Part shown: positions 23,001 to 31,800 of the stretch, piece after piece | Position numbering within the stretch: position 1 is the first letter of the stretch | Layout: each line of letters begins with the position of its first letter | Assembly (NCBI RefSeq): GCF_964355755.1 | Contig: NC_092677.1 | Span: 15,212,101-15,276,100 of the forward strand | Length of the DNA stretch: 64,000 bases | From: Antedon mediterranea | Taxonomy: Eukaryota > Animalia > Echinodermata | Direction of reading: 5' to 3' | The notes under the pieces: model-generated | The model's input: the letters and a program-made list of their open reading frames with translations, nothing else | Told to the model about the DNA's origin: nothing | Databases searched by the model: none | Position numbers and translations under genes: made by a program

Positions 23001-23225
23001 CAAGACCGTTACCACAGTTTTGGTTCCAAGTCAAGAAAAGCCAGAGTTCAAGATGAAAACATGAGAGTTAATGATAAGCCCAGAGTTGTCCACTTTGATA
23101 ACAATTTGATAGTTGAATCACCAACGGAAGAGGAACGCTGGTTTGCAAGACTCAAAGAAGAGTTTAACGAATATAAAAGGCAACAACAGGTCGTTCATAG
23201 AAGGAAATTGGTTTCTTCTGTGTGA
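1879..23225 (+). CDS. IGSF9: Turtle/IGSF9(B)-like Ig-superfamily adhesion receptor, 5'-partial, 14 coding exons
   Basis: Exons 1879-2166, 2391-2541, 3646-3779, 4870-4985, 7760-7910, 9019-9130, 9465-9643, 12592-12654, 13325-13615, 13748-13927, 19799-19841, 20892-21214, 21458-22420, 22570-23225 all have AG/GT ends and compatible phases. Translation gives three Ig domains (e.g. SGWYTCNPSNGIG, EGFYSCQPYNSLG, DHGLYECLISNVVTT), two FN3 domains (SWQPAYDGG; LRPNTQYEFSV), a TM helix followed by RRRRQKK, and a long low-complexity tail ending VSSV*. Architecture and motifs match Turtle/IGSF9/Dasm1. Upstream exons lie before the window. Confidence 0.85.
2391..2541 (+). CDS. IGSF9: IGSF9-like exon, Ig N-half (VTLNCHADSNP..WRKD)
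   Basis: tatag|...AG|gtacgg, phase 1->2. Confidence 0.88.
3646..3779 (+). CDS. IGSF9: IGSF9-like exon, Ig C-half (GSLTINEVKQSDEGFYSCQPYNSLG)
   Basis: ttctag|...G|gttagt, phase 2->1; not in ORF track. Confidence 0.9.
4870..4985 (+). CDS. IGSF9: IGSF9-like exon, Ig N-half (ISIPCTASGSPPPTVTWRK)
   Basis: tatag|...AAG|gtaagg. Confidence 0.9.
6752..7096 (+). mobile_element. 5S rRNA-derived SINE (SINE3 type)
   Basis: 6752-6856 reads as diverged 5S rRNA (TACCACGTTGAAACACCGGTTCTCGTCAGATCACCGAAGTTAAGCGACGTTGGGCCTGGTTAGAGCTTGGATGGGAGA), followed by a ~215-bp unrelated body, a 3' stem-loop GGCGGTAATTATCGCT and a (TAAAA)n tail. Confidence 0.85.
7760..7910 (+). CDS. IGSF9: IGSF9-like exon, Ig C-half (LQKEDHGLYECLISNVVTT)
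   Basis: tgtag|...C|gtatgt, phase 0->1. Confidence 0.9.
8694..8872. mobile_element. PIF/Harbinger-like MITE (TTA TSD) nested in a pogo/Tc1-like MITE (8582-8890)
   Basis: TIR agcgtggttcccactag / ctagtgagaaccaagct, TTA on both sides; host element ends ttctactg|ta. Confidence 0.7.
9019..9130 (+). CDS. IGSF9: IGSF9-like exon, FN3-1 N-half (TSPHAPYNVTV..SWQPAYDGGLTQSYTVW)
   Basis: tacag|...TG|gtatgt. Confidence 0.9.
9465..9643 (+). CDS. IGSF9: IGSF9-like exon, FN3-1 C-half
   Basis: cacag|...G|gtatgt; YNLRPNTQYEFSVIASNELG. Confidence 0.9.
11141..11324. repeat. ~86-bp-arm inverted repeat, probably paired Penelope-like element termini
   Basis: Arms 11141-11226 and 11238-11324 with an ~11-nt spacer; arms carry the GACGTTTCGG..TTTTCAAG signature. 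Confidence 0.65.
12592..12654 (+). CDS. IGSF9: IGSF9-like 63-nt inter-FN3 linker exon (DPDNIIVPTDTSGRTLLPAWS)
   Basis: Polypyrimidine tract + catag|, G|gtaagt, symmetric phase 1-1, GC-rich island in an AT-rich intron. Confidence 0.72.
13325..13615 (+). CDS. IGSF9: IGSF9-like exon, FN3-2
   Basis: ttag|...G|gtaggt; LKWETP..YTVEYR..GLKAQTWYDFRMFAF. Confidence 0.9.
13748..13927 (+). CDS. IGSF9: IGSF9-like transmembrane exon
   Basis: AVLAGIISGLVFLIIALILMITAVVIV followed by RRRRQKK; catag|...G|gtatga. Confidence 0.88.
14780..16260 (+). pseudogene. Academ transposase pseudogene (XPG/PIN-like part)
   Basis: Motifs above lie in shifting frames with stops; ORF 14972-15370 is one fragment. Confidence 0.75.
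16290..17199 (-). mobile_element. 5'-truncated non-LTR retrotransposon fragment (CR1-group, Rex1/Babar-like RT) nested in the Academ element
   Basis: GSPQGCVLSHLLYIIYTDD..KFADDT..LELNVTKTKEMIVDFRK, followed by degenerate YLG..LSW and C-terminal RT-associated motifs. Confidence 0.85.
19629..19731. mobile_element. Tc1/pogo-like MITE (CAGTAGAA..TTCTACTG); decayed relatives near 2193, 27580, 31790, 48010, 57070, 57300, 58535
   Basis: TA at the left flank, 9-bp terminal inverted repeat, recurrent GGACA..CCC(C)TTAATA core. Confidence 0.6.
19799..19841 (+). CDS. IGSF9: IGSF9-like 43-nt juxtamembrane exon (GFPSYVQPGHSSAAT)
   Basis: ttacag|...AC|gtaagt; supplies the phase 1->2 bridge needed between the TM exon and exon 20892. 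Confidence 0.62.
20410..20665. repeat. Minisatellite, ~55-60-bp unit (aaaaagtcactc..actg..attg..ataaagtcactac), ~4 copies
   Basis: Directly visible tandem repetition. Confidence 0.75.
20892..21214 (+). CDS. IGSF9: IGSF9-like cytoplasmic exon
   Basis: tttcag|...A|gtaagt, open frame. Confidence 0.8.
21458..22420 (+). CDS. IGSF9: IGSF9-like large cytoplasmic exon
   Basis: 963-nt open frame, tatag|...G|gtaatg. Confidence 0.85.
22570..23225 (+). CDS. IGSF9: IGSF9-like last coding exon, Ser-rich, C-terminal PDZ-binding motif VSSV
   Basis: ttcag| then open to TGA at 23225. Confidence 0.85.
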
Positions 23226-23606
23226 TTTTCTGTACCATAACTATGTACGCTTCACCATTTTGCCTCAACCATTTTATTGAAAAGCAAGTCCATTATTTCG
23301 TAATTATCAACATAATTTATTTCTGTATGTAAAACATTCCATCATTCCAATTTTTTCCAATTTACTTTATTATTGCTAAAGTTTTATATTATTAGTATGC
23401 ATTTATTACATAAAAATGACGTTTTTATGTTTTATACATTTGGTAACTAATACACCTTAAAAGGTAAGGCATTTTTGGCTGGAAGAGGACCAAAATATTT
23501 TGTTATTATTAAATATGACAATATTTATATTAAGGAGCAATATGTGCATGGCATATATTATATTTTTACCTTTTTTTTATAGGTAGGTGGTGTTGAAGAT
23601 CATAAT

Positions 23607-24087
23607 AGGGAGGTTTCGCAACCTTACGAATACGATAACAAAAACGTCACACATTTGTGAAACTTTTGAGCTGATCCATACTTCATATTCGTAAAGCGTA
23701 TTCGTGTTGACGAATATCACCAGTCATATTCGTAACTACAAAACGAGTATAGTTTTTGAGCTATTTTGCATTTCAATCAGGAATGATTCATGATTATAAA
23801 ATAATTATACTTTTATTGAAAGTAATTTACTAAAATGCCAGGTCAATTTTGATAAATAGCAGTTTCTAAAGTCCTCACTCGCTTTGATGTTACGCTAGGC
23901 CTAGGCAGCCAAGCACCAAGCAACATGTACCCGCGCTTCGCTCAAATTTACAGCAGTCGTATTTTGGACGGGGCCCTCAATATTTCGTTGCCATGCGAAA
24001 CAGATTTTTACTGGCTTACGAAAAACGACTACGTGTGCGTGACGTATTTGTTTCGTTATCGTATTTGTAAGGTTGCGAAAACTCCCT
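23607..24087. mobile_element. MITE with ~45-bp TIRs (AGGGAG..CTCCCT), AAT TSD; Harbinger/ISL2EU-like
   Basis: agggaggtttcgcaaccttacgaatacgataac versus the inverted copy ending at 24087. Confidence 0.75.
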
Positions 24088-25786
24088 AATGAAGATGAAA
24101 TTCCACTGTATGCAAATAATTTGTAGCAATAATTTGCATATGAGGATTATGTGCAATTTTATGCAAATCTTTTTCATTTATTGTCATGATGATCTGAGAA
24201 AGGAGGTCTTGGATAAAAATTGAGGACAAAATAAACCAGAAAGCAAAGACTCATATAAAAAAAAAAAACCGATTAAATATATAAACTATTTTACAAGCAG
24301 GCTTTCGCTTTATAAATATAGAAATCTATATTTTTGCAAATCTGAAATTATAAGGGAACGCGACTTCAGTATGTTTGAACTTTTTGTACTTTTGATAAAT
24401 TCGAATTTCAAACAAAATGTGATATGAATTTTATAACAGATTACCTCTAAAATTATTTTGAATGCATATAGCTCATTGAATACTGTACTGTATATTTGTT
24501 ATGTATTGTTATAAAGTTATTCATTTTTTGCCCTTAAATTCTATTCAGGCAAGTCCAACAGCAGTCGATTTTTGCAGGTCAGTTCAGACAAAAAACGTGT
24601 GTATGACGTGTACATAACTCTGCAGACGCCACAAATATGATTATGAATATGAATATACAATTCTTTTTTAAAGCAGAATAGTTTTTGTTTACACTTTTGA
24701 ATACGATACGAAATCGTTCACTCTACTACACAGAGAGGGTTATATTGCTTAATGGTCATTTCACGTGCGGGACAAACCAAAGAATGGATAACACTACATT
24801 GGGCATTGAGACATTGATAGCTAATAGCCATCTCTATATTGGGAGTAACAGTAGGGCTAATCTAGGTACGATACTGTATTCCACCGTAATAAATATTTTG
24901 GCACACATGCCGTTCCATATGTATAATACTTGAGCATCAAACAAAAAACGAAATGTTGTCTGGTGGACTAACGTAAAAAAAGACAGGCTAGCTTGATGAA
25001 AATCACCTATTCAAGAGAAGTGGAAGAATAGTCACATGCAGCCTAATCTTCCAGACAGCAAGTTAACAGATTTAAACATTTTTTAGACAGTGATTTTGGT
25101 AATATTTGTAAAGACACATATGGGGTATCATGCATACTTGAGTTGATTAATGACAAAAATAATAATAATAATATAACAAACAATAACTAGATACTTAGAG
25201 CAGAAGTAAGCAACATCAATACCAATGCTTCCAATTTATAGAAAAACTATAGTTTAAATGAAGTTTAATTTACTGGTGACCATACTTAATTATTTGTGTG
25301 TGTACACATTACGTCTCCTTTAAGGATCGTTACTGCCAAATTCTGTGTGTTGTTGTTTCTTTAATTAGAAAGGTAAATGCAAGAAATTACTTTTAGGTGG
25401 ACTAACATTCATCTATTGAAACATTGTAAATAAAATTGAATAAACTAAACTAAGTGTTTCTGTGATAGTTGTTTTAATTCAATCAAAATAGACAACTGAA
25501 AACAGTATCAATGTTTAGAGTTTATTACTGTATTTTCAGCATTTACTTGAATTTATAATATATACAGTAGATTTATTTATCAAAATCTAACTTTTTCTAT
25601 TTACTATGGCATTAAAATGTATAACACAAAAAAATCTTTCCAGGCCAAAACATGTCTGATAATTCTATTGTATTATATAATTAATAAATGTTGGACAAAA
25701 AGCAAGCAATATAATATTTAAATGGAGAAATATTGTCACTGGTGCTGAGACAACTTGGCAGAGAGTGCAAAACGCAGCAAATGCAT

Positions 25787-25837
25787 TCATCTCTTTCGTT
25801 TCTTTGAAGCGCTCTGCATTGAAAAGAAATCTTCTTC
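25787..25837 (-). CDS. MRE11: MRE11 last exon ([16 protein letters not shown])
   Basis: ttcag| acceptor; acidic-F-basic C-terminus as in other animal MRE11 proteins. Confidence 0.78.
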   Translation of the reverse strand, partial: EEDFFSMQSASKKRKR

Positions 25838-28800
25838 CTGAATAATGAATATACATAAAAACAGTAGTACTTAAACGAGCAGTGAAACTGGTTTTATGGA
25901 ATCTCTAAGACTCTAAAAATGAGGGGCTCATAAGCAAGTAAAAAAGTAATTCCAAACCATTGCCAGTGTTTGTCACTGTGCAAAGGTAACTTTAATTTAA
26001 ATGCAGTGTATAACCAAATGAGTTATTCATTGTAGGAAGTCTTCTATACTTTGTAAACTTGATTTTCAAATTAAAAAAAACTCCAAGTTTTTCAAGAAAA
26101 GTTTTCCAAAGTTTGCTAGTGTGTGCAGAGCTTCTGCAAACCATACATGCAAGTTTACAGATGCCAAGTTCAACTTCATGGACCCTGGATCAACATAAGG
26201 TTGTGTTTCAAAGGGGCAGTGCAGTGTACACTAGCATGCTAAAGTGCGATAGTGTAGACAAGGCTTTAGTATTTTAATGAATGAAAGGGTTTGTAAATAG
26301 ATAGAGCAACCTACATTACTTCCTTTGAAGAAATACACTTTTCTTACTTACCTCTGAATCACTTATAGCTCTAAAATTGAAAAAGAAAAACACCATCAAC
26401 TTTTTGGACACAAAAAGTAAGTATCACTATTGAATACAAATTAACTAGTATACTTTATAAATAAACTGATGAAGAGCTAGTGTTGCTCGAAAGCTCTGCT
26501 AATTTTTCTGGCTGTTTTACTTTATCGTTTTGATTTAGCTTTTCGCTTTTCTTTTTGTATCTCTATTGAGATCCAGCCACTGATACCCACAGCATTGTCA
26601 TTTTTTCAATAATTTGCCTTTGGATTTATAAATAAACACAAGAAATCTATTAAAATATCTTACCCAGTTTGTTTTGTAGATAATGCTGTATCAGAATCAG
26701 AATCCTAGAAAGATAAAAATATTTAAAAAAAATAATATTCAATATTAATATTATCATCAAATTACATTATAAATTGATTAGTAATTTAGTAGTCATACCT
26801 CAAACTGAATTCCTCCTTTAGGTGGTCTTGTTATCTGTGCAGTAAATGCTGTTAAAAGAAAAAGACAATGGAGGATGTACAGTACAATTGTTGCAACATC
26901 ATTTTACTGATAAGAAGTTTCTAGGAGGCAAACATTTGGGCCCAGTAGTAATAGATTATGGGAATGATTTGTGAATTGCAGGGTTAGATATATTTGTATA
27001 TTATGCTGTATTATGCAGACGCATCAAAGATGATCTCAATCATATTTTGAGGAGGTAGCCATCCATTTGACAGGGCTGTGATATACTGTACCATAACACA
27101 AACCCCCTACACTAGCCATATGTGTACAATTATAGTTCATATCTAAGAAGACATGTTGTAGGTCAAGAAGTTGGGTCAGGGAGTACCTGCAATTTTGAAT
27201 ATTATGGCTAATGTTTGCTAATGTATATGTTGTGATTTAATATCAATGTCTCTCTTTATAAACAGTTTGTATTGAACATACAGTCTACAATGGAGCCACC
27301 AGTTGATACCGCACTTTTCCTTCCTCTTGCAGACCCACGAGTTGATGTAGTAGTTTTGGCACCTCTCCCTCCACGTGACCCACGGCCACCTCTTGACCCC
27401 CGCCCTCCTCTTGAACCACGTCCTCTACCTCTTCTGGTAGTGTTTGCCTTTTCACTATCCGAGCCTGAATTGTCATCACTGAATCCTGTTAATTCTTCAC
27501 CTCTGTCTTCTCTATTTTTTTTTACTTTTTCCATGACCTGTTGATGTAAACAAAGGTACATTATTACACACACATTGTTGGGTTCAGAAGGTGTCTCTCT
27601 TTAATAGGGCTCTACTGTATCTCAAACCTGAAACATTTTGTAATTTTGAACAGTGTTAAAAAATAGATTATTCTCAAACAGGTAATAAAGAAATTGTGTA
27701 ACTGATAAAAAAACTTTACAAATTTCCACTTAAACCTGTTTAGAGCTTACCGTACTAACTTCTTCCATAACTTCTTCTTTGGACATTTTTTTTCTTTCAG
27801 TTTTCAAATTTTGTATCTAAGAAAAAGCAATCCTAGTTTATCGTATATCATCAAAAGACGTGTTATAAATATGCATAAATATTGAATTAGTGATGTTCAA
27901 CCAGGGAGTTGTTATTTAAATAACAACTCCCTGGTTCCACCATTGTACGATGCCAAGGGTGTTAAGAAGTTGCAATCCGATCGCATTTCAACCATACCAT
28001 GTCAACATATATAGCAGAAGGTTCCATGTTTAAATTTTTTCTTAATACTGTACAATTTTTCTTGTTTCACAGATTTCCTTACCTTCACCCTTATTATAAA
28101 TAAATTTATATATATAGAACTATATATTGTCCACAAGGCGAGTTTCTATTGAAATAATCCTAACCAGTTTTACCTCATCATCTATAGATTCTTCTGTTGG
28201 TTGTCGTTTATGTATATACCCCTGCGTCTTTTGTAGCTGATAATGTACAAGTTCTATAATTGCTTCCTTCTCCTCTTTGTCTACAAATTCTTCCACTGCT
28301 TTTCCTAATCCCTTTTCAGACAGTATATGAAGCTGGTTTTTCTATTTAAACAGTTTTGAAAGTAAAATTAGAACAAATACAGTTTCATATACAAACTTAC
28401 ATTATGCACTTTAATTCCTAGTATAAATTAGAAACCTTCCCGAAAATATTCTATTGCAGTTACTGCAGTACCTACATTTTGATTACTCTTTTGGGTAATC
28501 ATGATCTATTGATAATATGATGATGTCAATTTTATAGCGCCGATCAATGGTGCTGTGGCCCCACTTTTTAACTTTCCCCCAGATCATGTTGGTCAATTCA
28601 AGTACTCTCTTCTGCAGTAAATCATTTTGACATCTAATCTAAAAGTTACCTCTGTTGCATCCTCAAAGTATTGTTTGACAAGATCTTCAACTCTGGTCGA
28701 GTCTAATGCCTCTGGTTTTAGAAACTTATCCAACTCTTCTTTACACACTTTACCTATAAAATATGAATGGTAAACATTTATTTTCAAGGGCTTTAAATGA

Positions 28801-31800
28801 CCCATAATCCATATGAATACCATTTGAACACCTTTTTAGAAGAAATGAAATTGGATATGTTGAATTACAATGTTTTTTCTCACCTTTAGTGGCATTTACT
28901 TCTTTTTTCCTATGAAAGGCAAGCATGTCTTTGGGGTTTGCAACTCTTTCCACAAACCTTTGTCCAAATCGAGGATTGTTTATGACGTCAAATCCACCAC
29001 TATAGTCAATCTAAATAGAACAATAAATGATAATTTTTTCCCTCAGATTATCCACTTTATTATTTCCTATCACAAGACTATCTACAGATGTTTAGATCCC
29101 TGTGTAAATTGAACAAAATTCATATTTGTACTGTATAATGACGTTGATAATGAGTTACATACTGTACCTTGAGTCGTATCAATGGTTTCTTTGGTTGTTT
29201 GGGGTTTCCTGTGTGTTCTTCAGCAGCTCTGTCTAAAAGGTTTTCAACCTAAAATAATTGAGAATATCCATATTATTTTTATATCATTCCGACAATCTCC
29301 AGAACACTAGCCTGGTATTCATATCTCTAGACCACTAAGCTGGTACTGATGGCTAGGGTTAGATTCAAGCTCAAAGAAGGAGGTGAAGCTGCACCAATGT
29401 GATAAATTATAAGCATCATATTATGAAAACAGACCTTTTCTTCGCAGTAGATTCTCAATGTCTCAACATTATCAACTGGATCTAGGCTCGTCTCACTCAG
29501 TACAATTTCTTCAAGGTAAAACTGACGGACAGTCTCCAGTCTGATCTTGGTACACTTCATGGCTTTGTCGCGTATTTGTAGTAAGCACACATGCCTACCA
29601 AAATGAAAAACAAAATTACCCCTAAATTTTGGAACAGAGATTTTCTTACGACATCAATACTCTCAATATTAGGCATTTCTCATTAGTCTATTTAGACTAG
29701 ATTATGTCGCATATATAGATGATCTTAGTCTCTTCAAGTACTATAAGGTTATAAGTTCAAGTATCTTTTTATATTAAAGAATATATGATGCAAATAAAGT
29801 ATTAAAATTATAAAATTCTGTTAGGGCTAGTCTGTTATAGAAGGCAGGAAATAGAATATTATTTAATAATTACAAAAAGTAAAAATCTTTATTTTCTAAC
29901 ATTCATTCTCAGACAGCTGTCATTCTATGAATCTGTCTGTAAATTTATCTAAAACTCACTTCTGTTTGGATTCTCCTTCACTCAGTGACGTTGCTATTGA
30001 GCTTCCAGGTTGACTAACAAAAAACTTGCGTTCTGGATTCCAACTTGGATCAATCTTGCACTCATGCTCGTGACCCCAGATGATGAGGTCAAGAAAGTTG
30101 TCTAGGAATTGCTCAGGAATGTAGTTAGTTTCACCATGTTTCGACCTGCGTAGATTTTGAGTGAAAATTCAAGTCATCCTAACCTTCTGATTGTTTACGA
30201 TATTTACATTTATTATTTAGGCTTACTACTAGAAATTTCTAATAAAACAAAAATAGCACTAATAGTTGATAGATAACCTATTTTGATGAAAAACAAGAAC
30301 ATTGAACCAGGAGTCTTTGTCTTCTTTTGGCCGCAGCATGGACAAGTTTCCATCACGGAATATCCGATGTAACCTTTCATCACGTATACTACCTGTAGAC
30401 GAATGAAATGTGCTTTAGTTAATCCTCTTTTATAGGGACATGGGAGCACTGTTAAACTGGCAAGATTGTTAGCAATTGTTTTAAGCTCTGTCTACACTAG
30501 CAAACTTTATGTGAACAAAAAAGTGTGATGTGCCCAAACAGGGTAGCGATATGACCAAATATGGTAGTGATATGACCAAATATGATAGTGATATGACATC
30601 ATCATGTCCAAATATGGGCACACAGAGCTTTATTTTACCTAAACCGTATAAAGCAAGCTTTGTTCTTCCTTTCTGTAGTAGAATTGGCGAAATCTCCACT
30701 GATTCCAACGATGTTGCTTTCCCAAAGTAGTTCACCAGGCCAGCAACACTAAGTATGTCCAGAGCACACATGTTACCTAACTGCTCTTACAAACAAAAAT
30801 AATAATTACTGTACAACCAATTGACTGTAGCATTCTTTTCTTTCATCAGCAATGAGGCTTTTGAATATTTTGTCTTCTTATTTTTCTACAGGTTTCCTAT
30901 CTTGATCCTTAGCAAAACCTTTGTTAGAAAATACTTCATACTGCAACGAAATACTCTGAAGGGAGTTTATGAAAACATTTATTGAATAAATTATTGGTCC
31001 AAGGATACTTACTCCAGATGGGTCATCATGATTACCATGTATAGAAAACAATGGTATAGAAACATTTAAATTTGGGTCTTCATAATTCACATGTGCAAAT
31101 CTAAAATACAAATATACGAAAATTGTATTGACTTTTGAAACTCTATTTGAAGGCACATCAGAAGGATAGGGGATAACATTGTAAAAGAGCTTTAGTTTTA
31201 GTTAGTGTATAAATATATTCAGCCATCAACATTGTACGAGTACCAACAAATTTAGGAAAATAGATGCTTTGACTGATTTACCATGAGGTTAGGAGTTGAC
31301 TATCAATCTCTCCACCATAGTATCAATGGATGTCAGAAAGTATGAGAGAAATGTTAGTCTCTGTACATGGCTTGGACAATGATTTAGATTAATACATTTT
31401 TTTTACATTAGAAAACTACTTATGATAGGACGCACTTTGATGATGCAAAGTTCACACACTGATCACTGAGAAACTCAATCTGGATTGGTTTGTCTCCCAT
31501 ACAGTATCGTCTAATGAGTGCCATAACGCCGTGCATTGCTTTCCGGGATGGTTTATTTTCATGGAATAAATCCCCTCCAAGTAATACCATATCAACCTTT
31601 GGAAAAATACTCTTTTAGTAGAAATGATTTAATAGTATTCTTTTTGTACAGTAAGGTTCTGGCCTTGTGATGTTTAACACCAGGCATTGTTTATATATAA
31701 CCTACACACTAATTCCTACAGTTGCCTGAAGAAATTTAGGTAAGGATCTACACAATTGGTCACTTACTGTTACAGGTATCTATACAGCAGAACCTAAATT

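Noticed and set aside
27272-27544. Pro-rich plus-strand ORF
   Set aside because: It is the antisense shadow of the MRE11 GAR exon.
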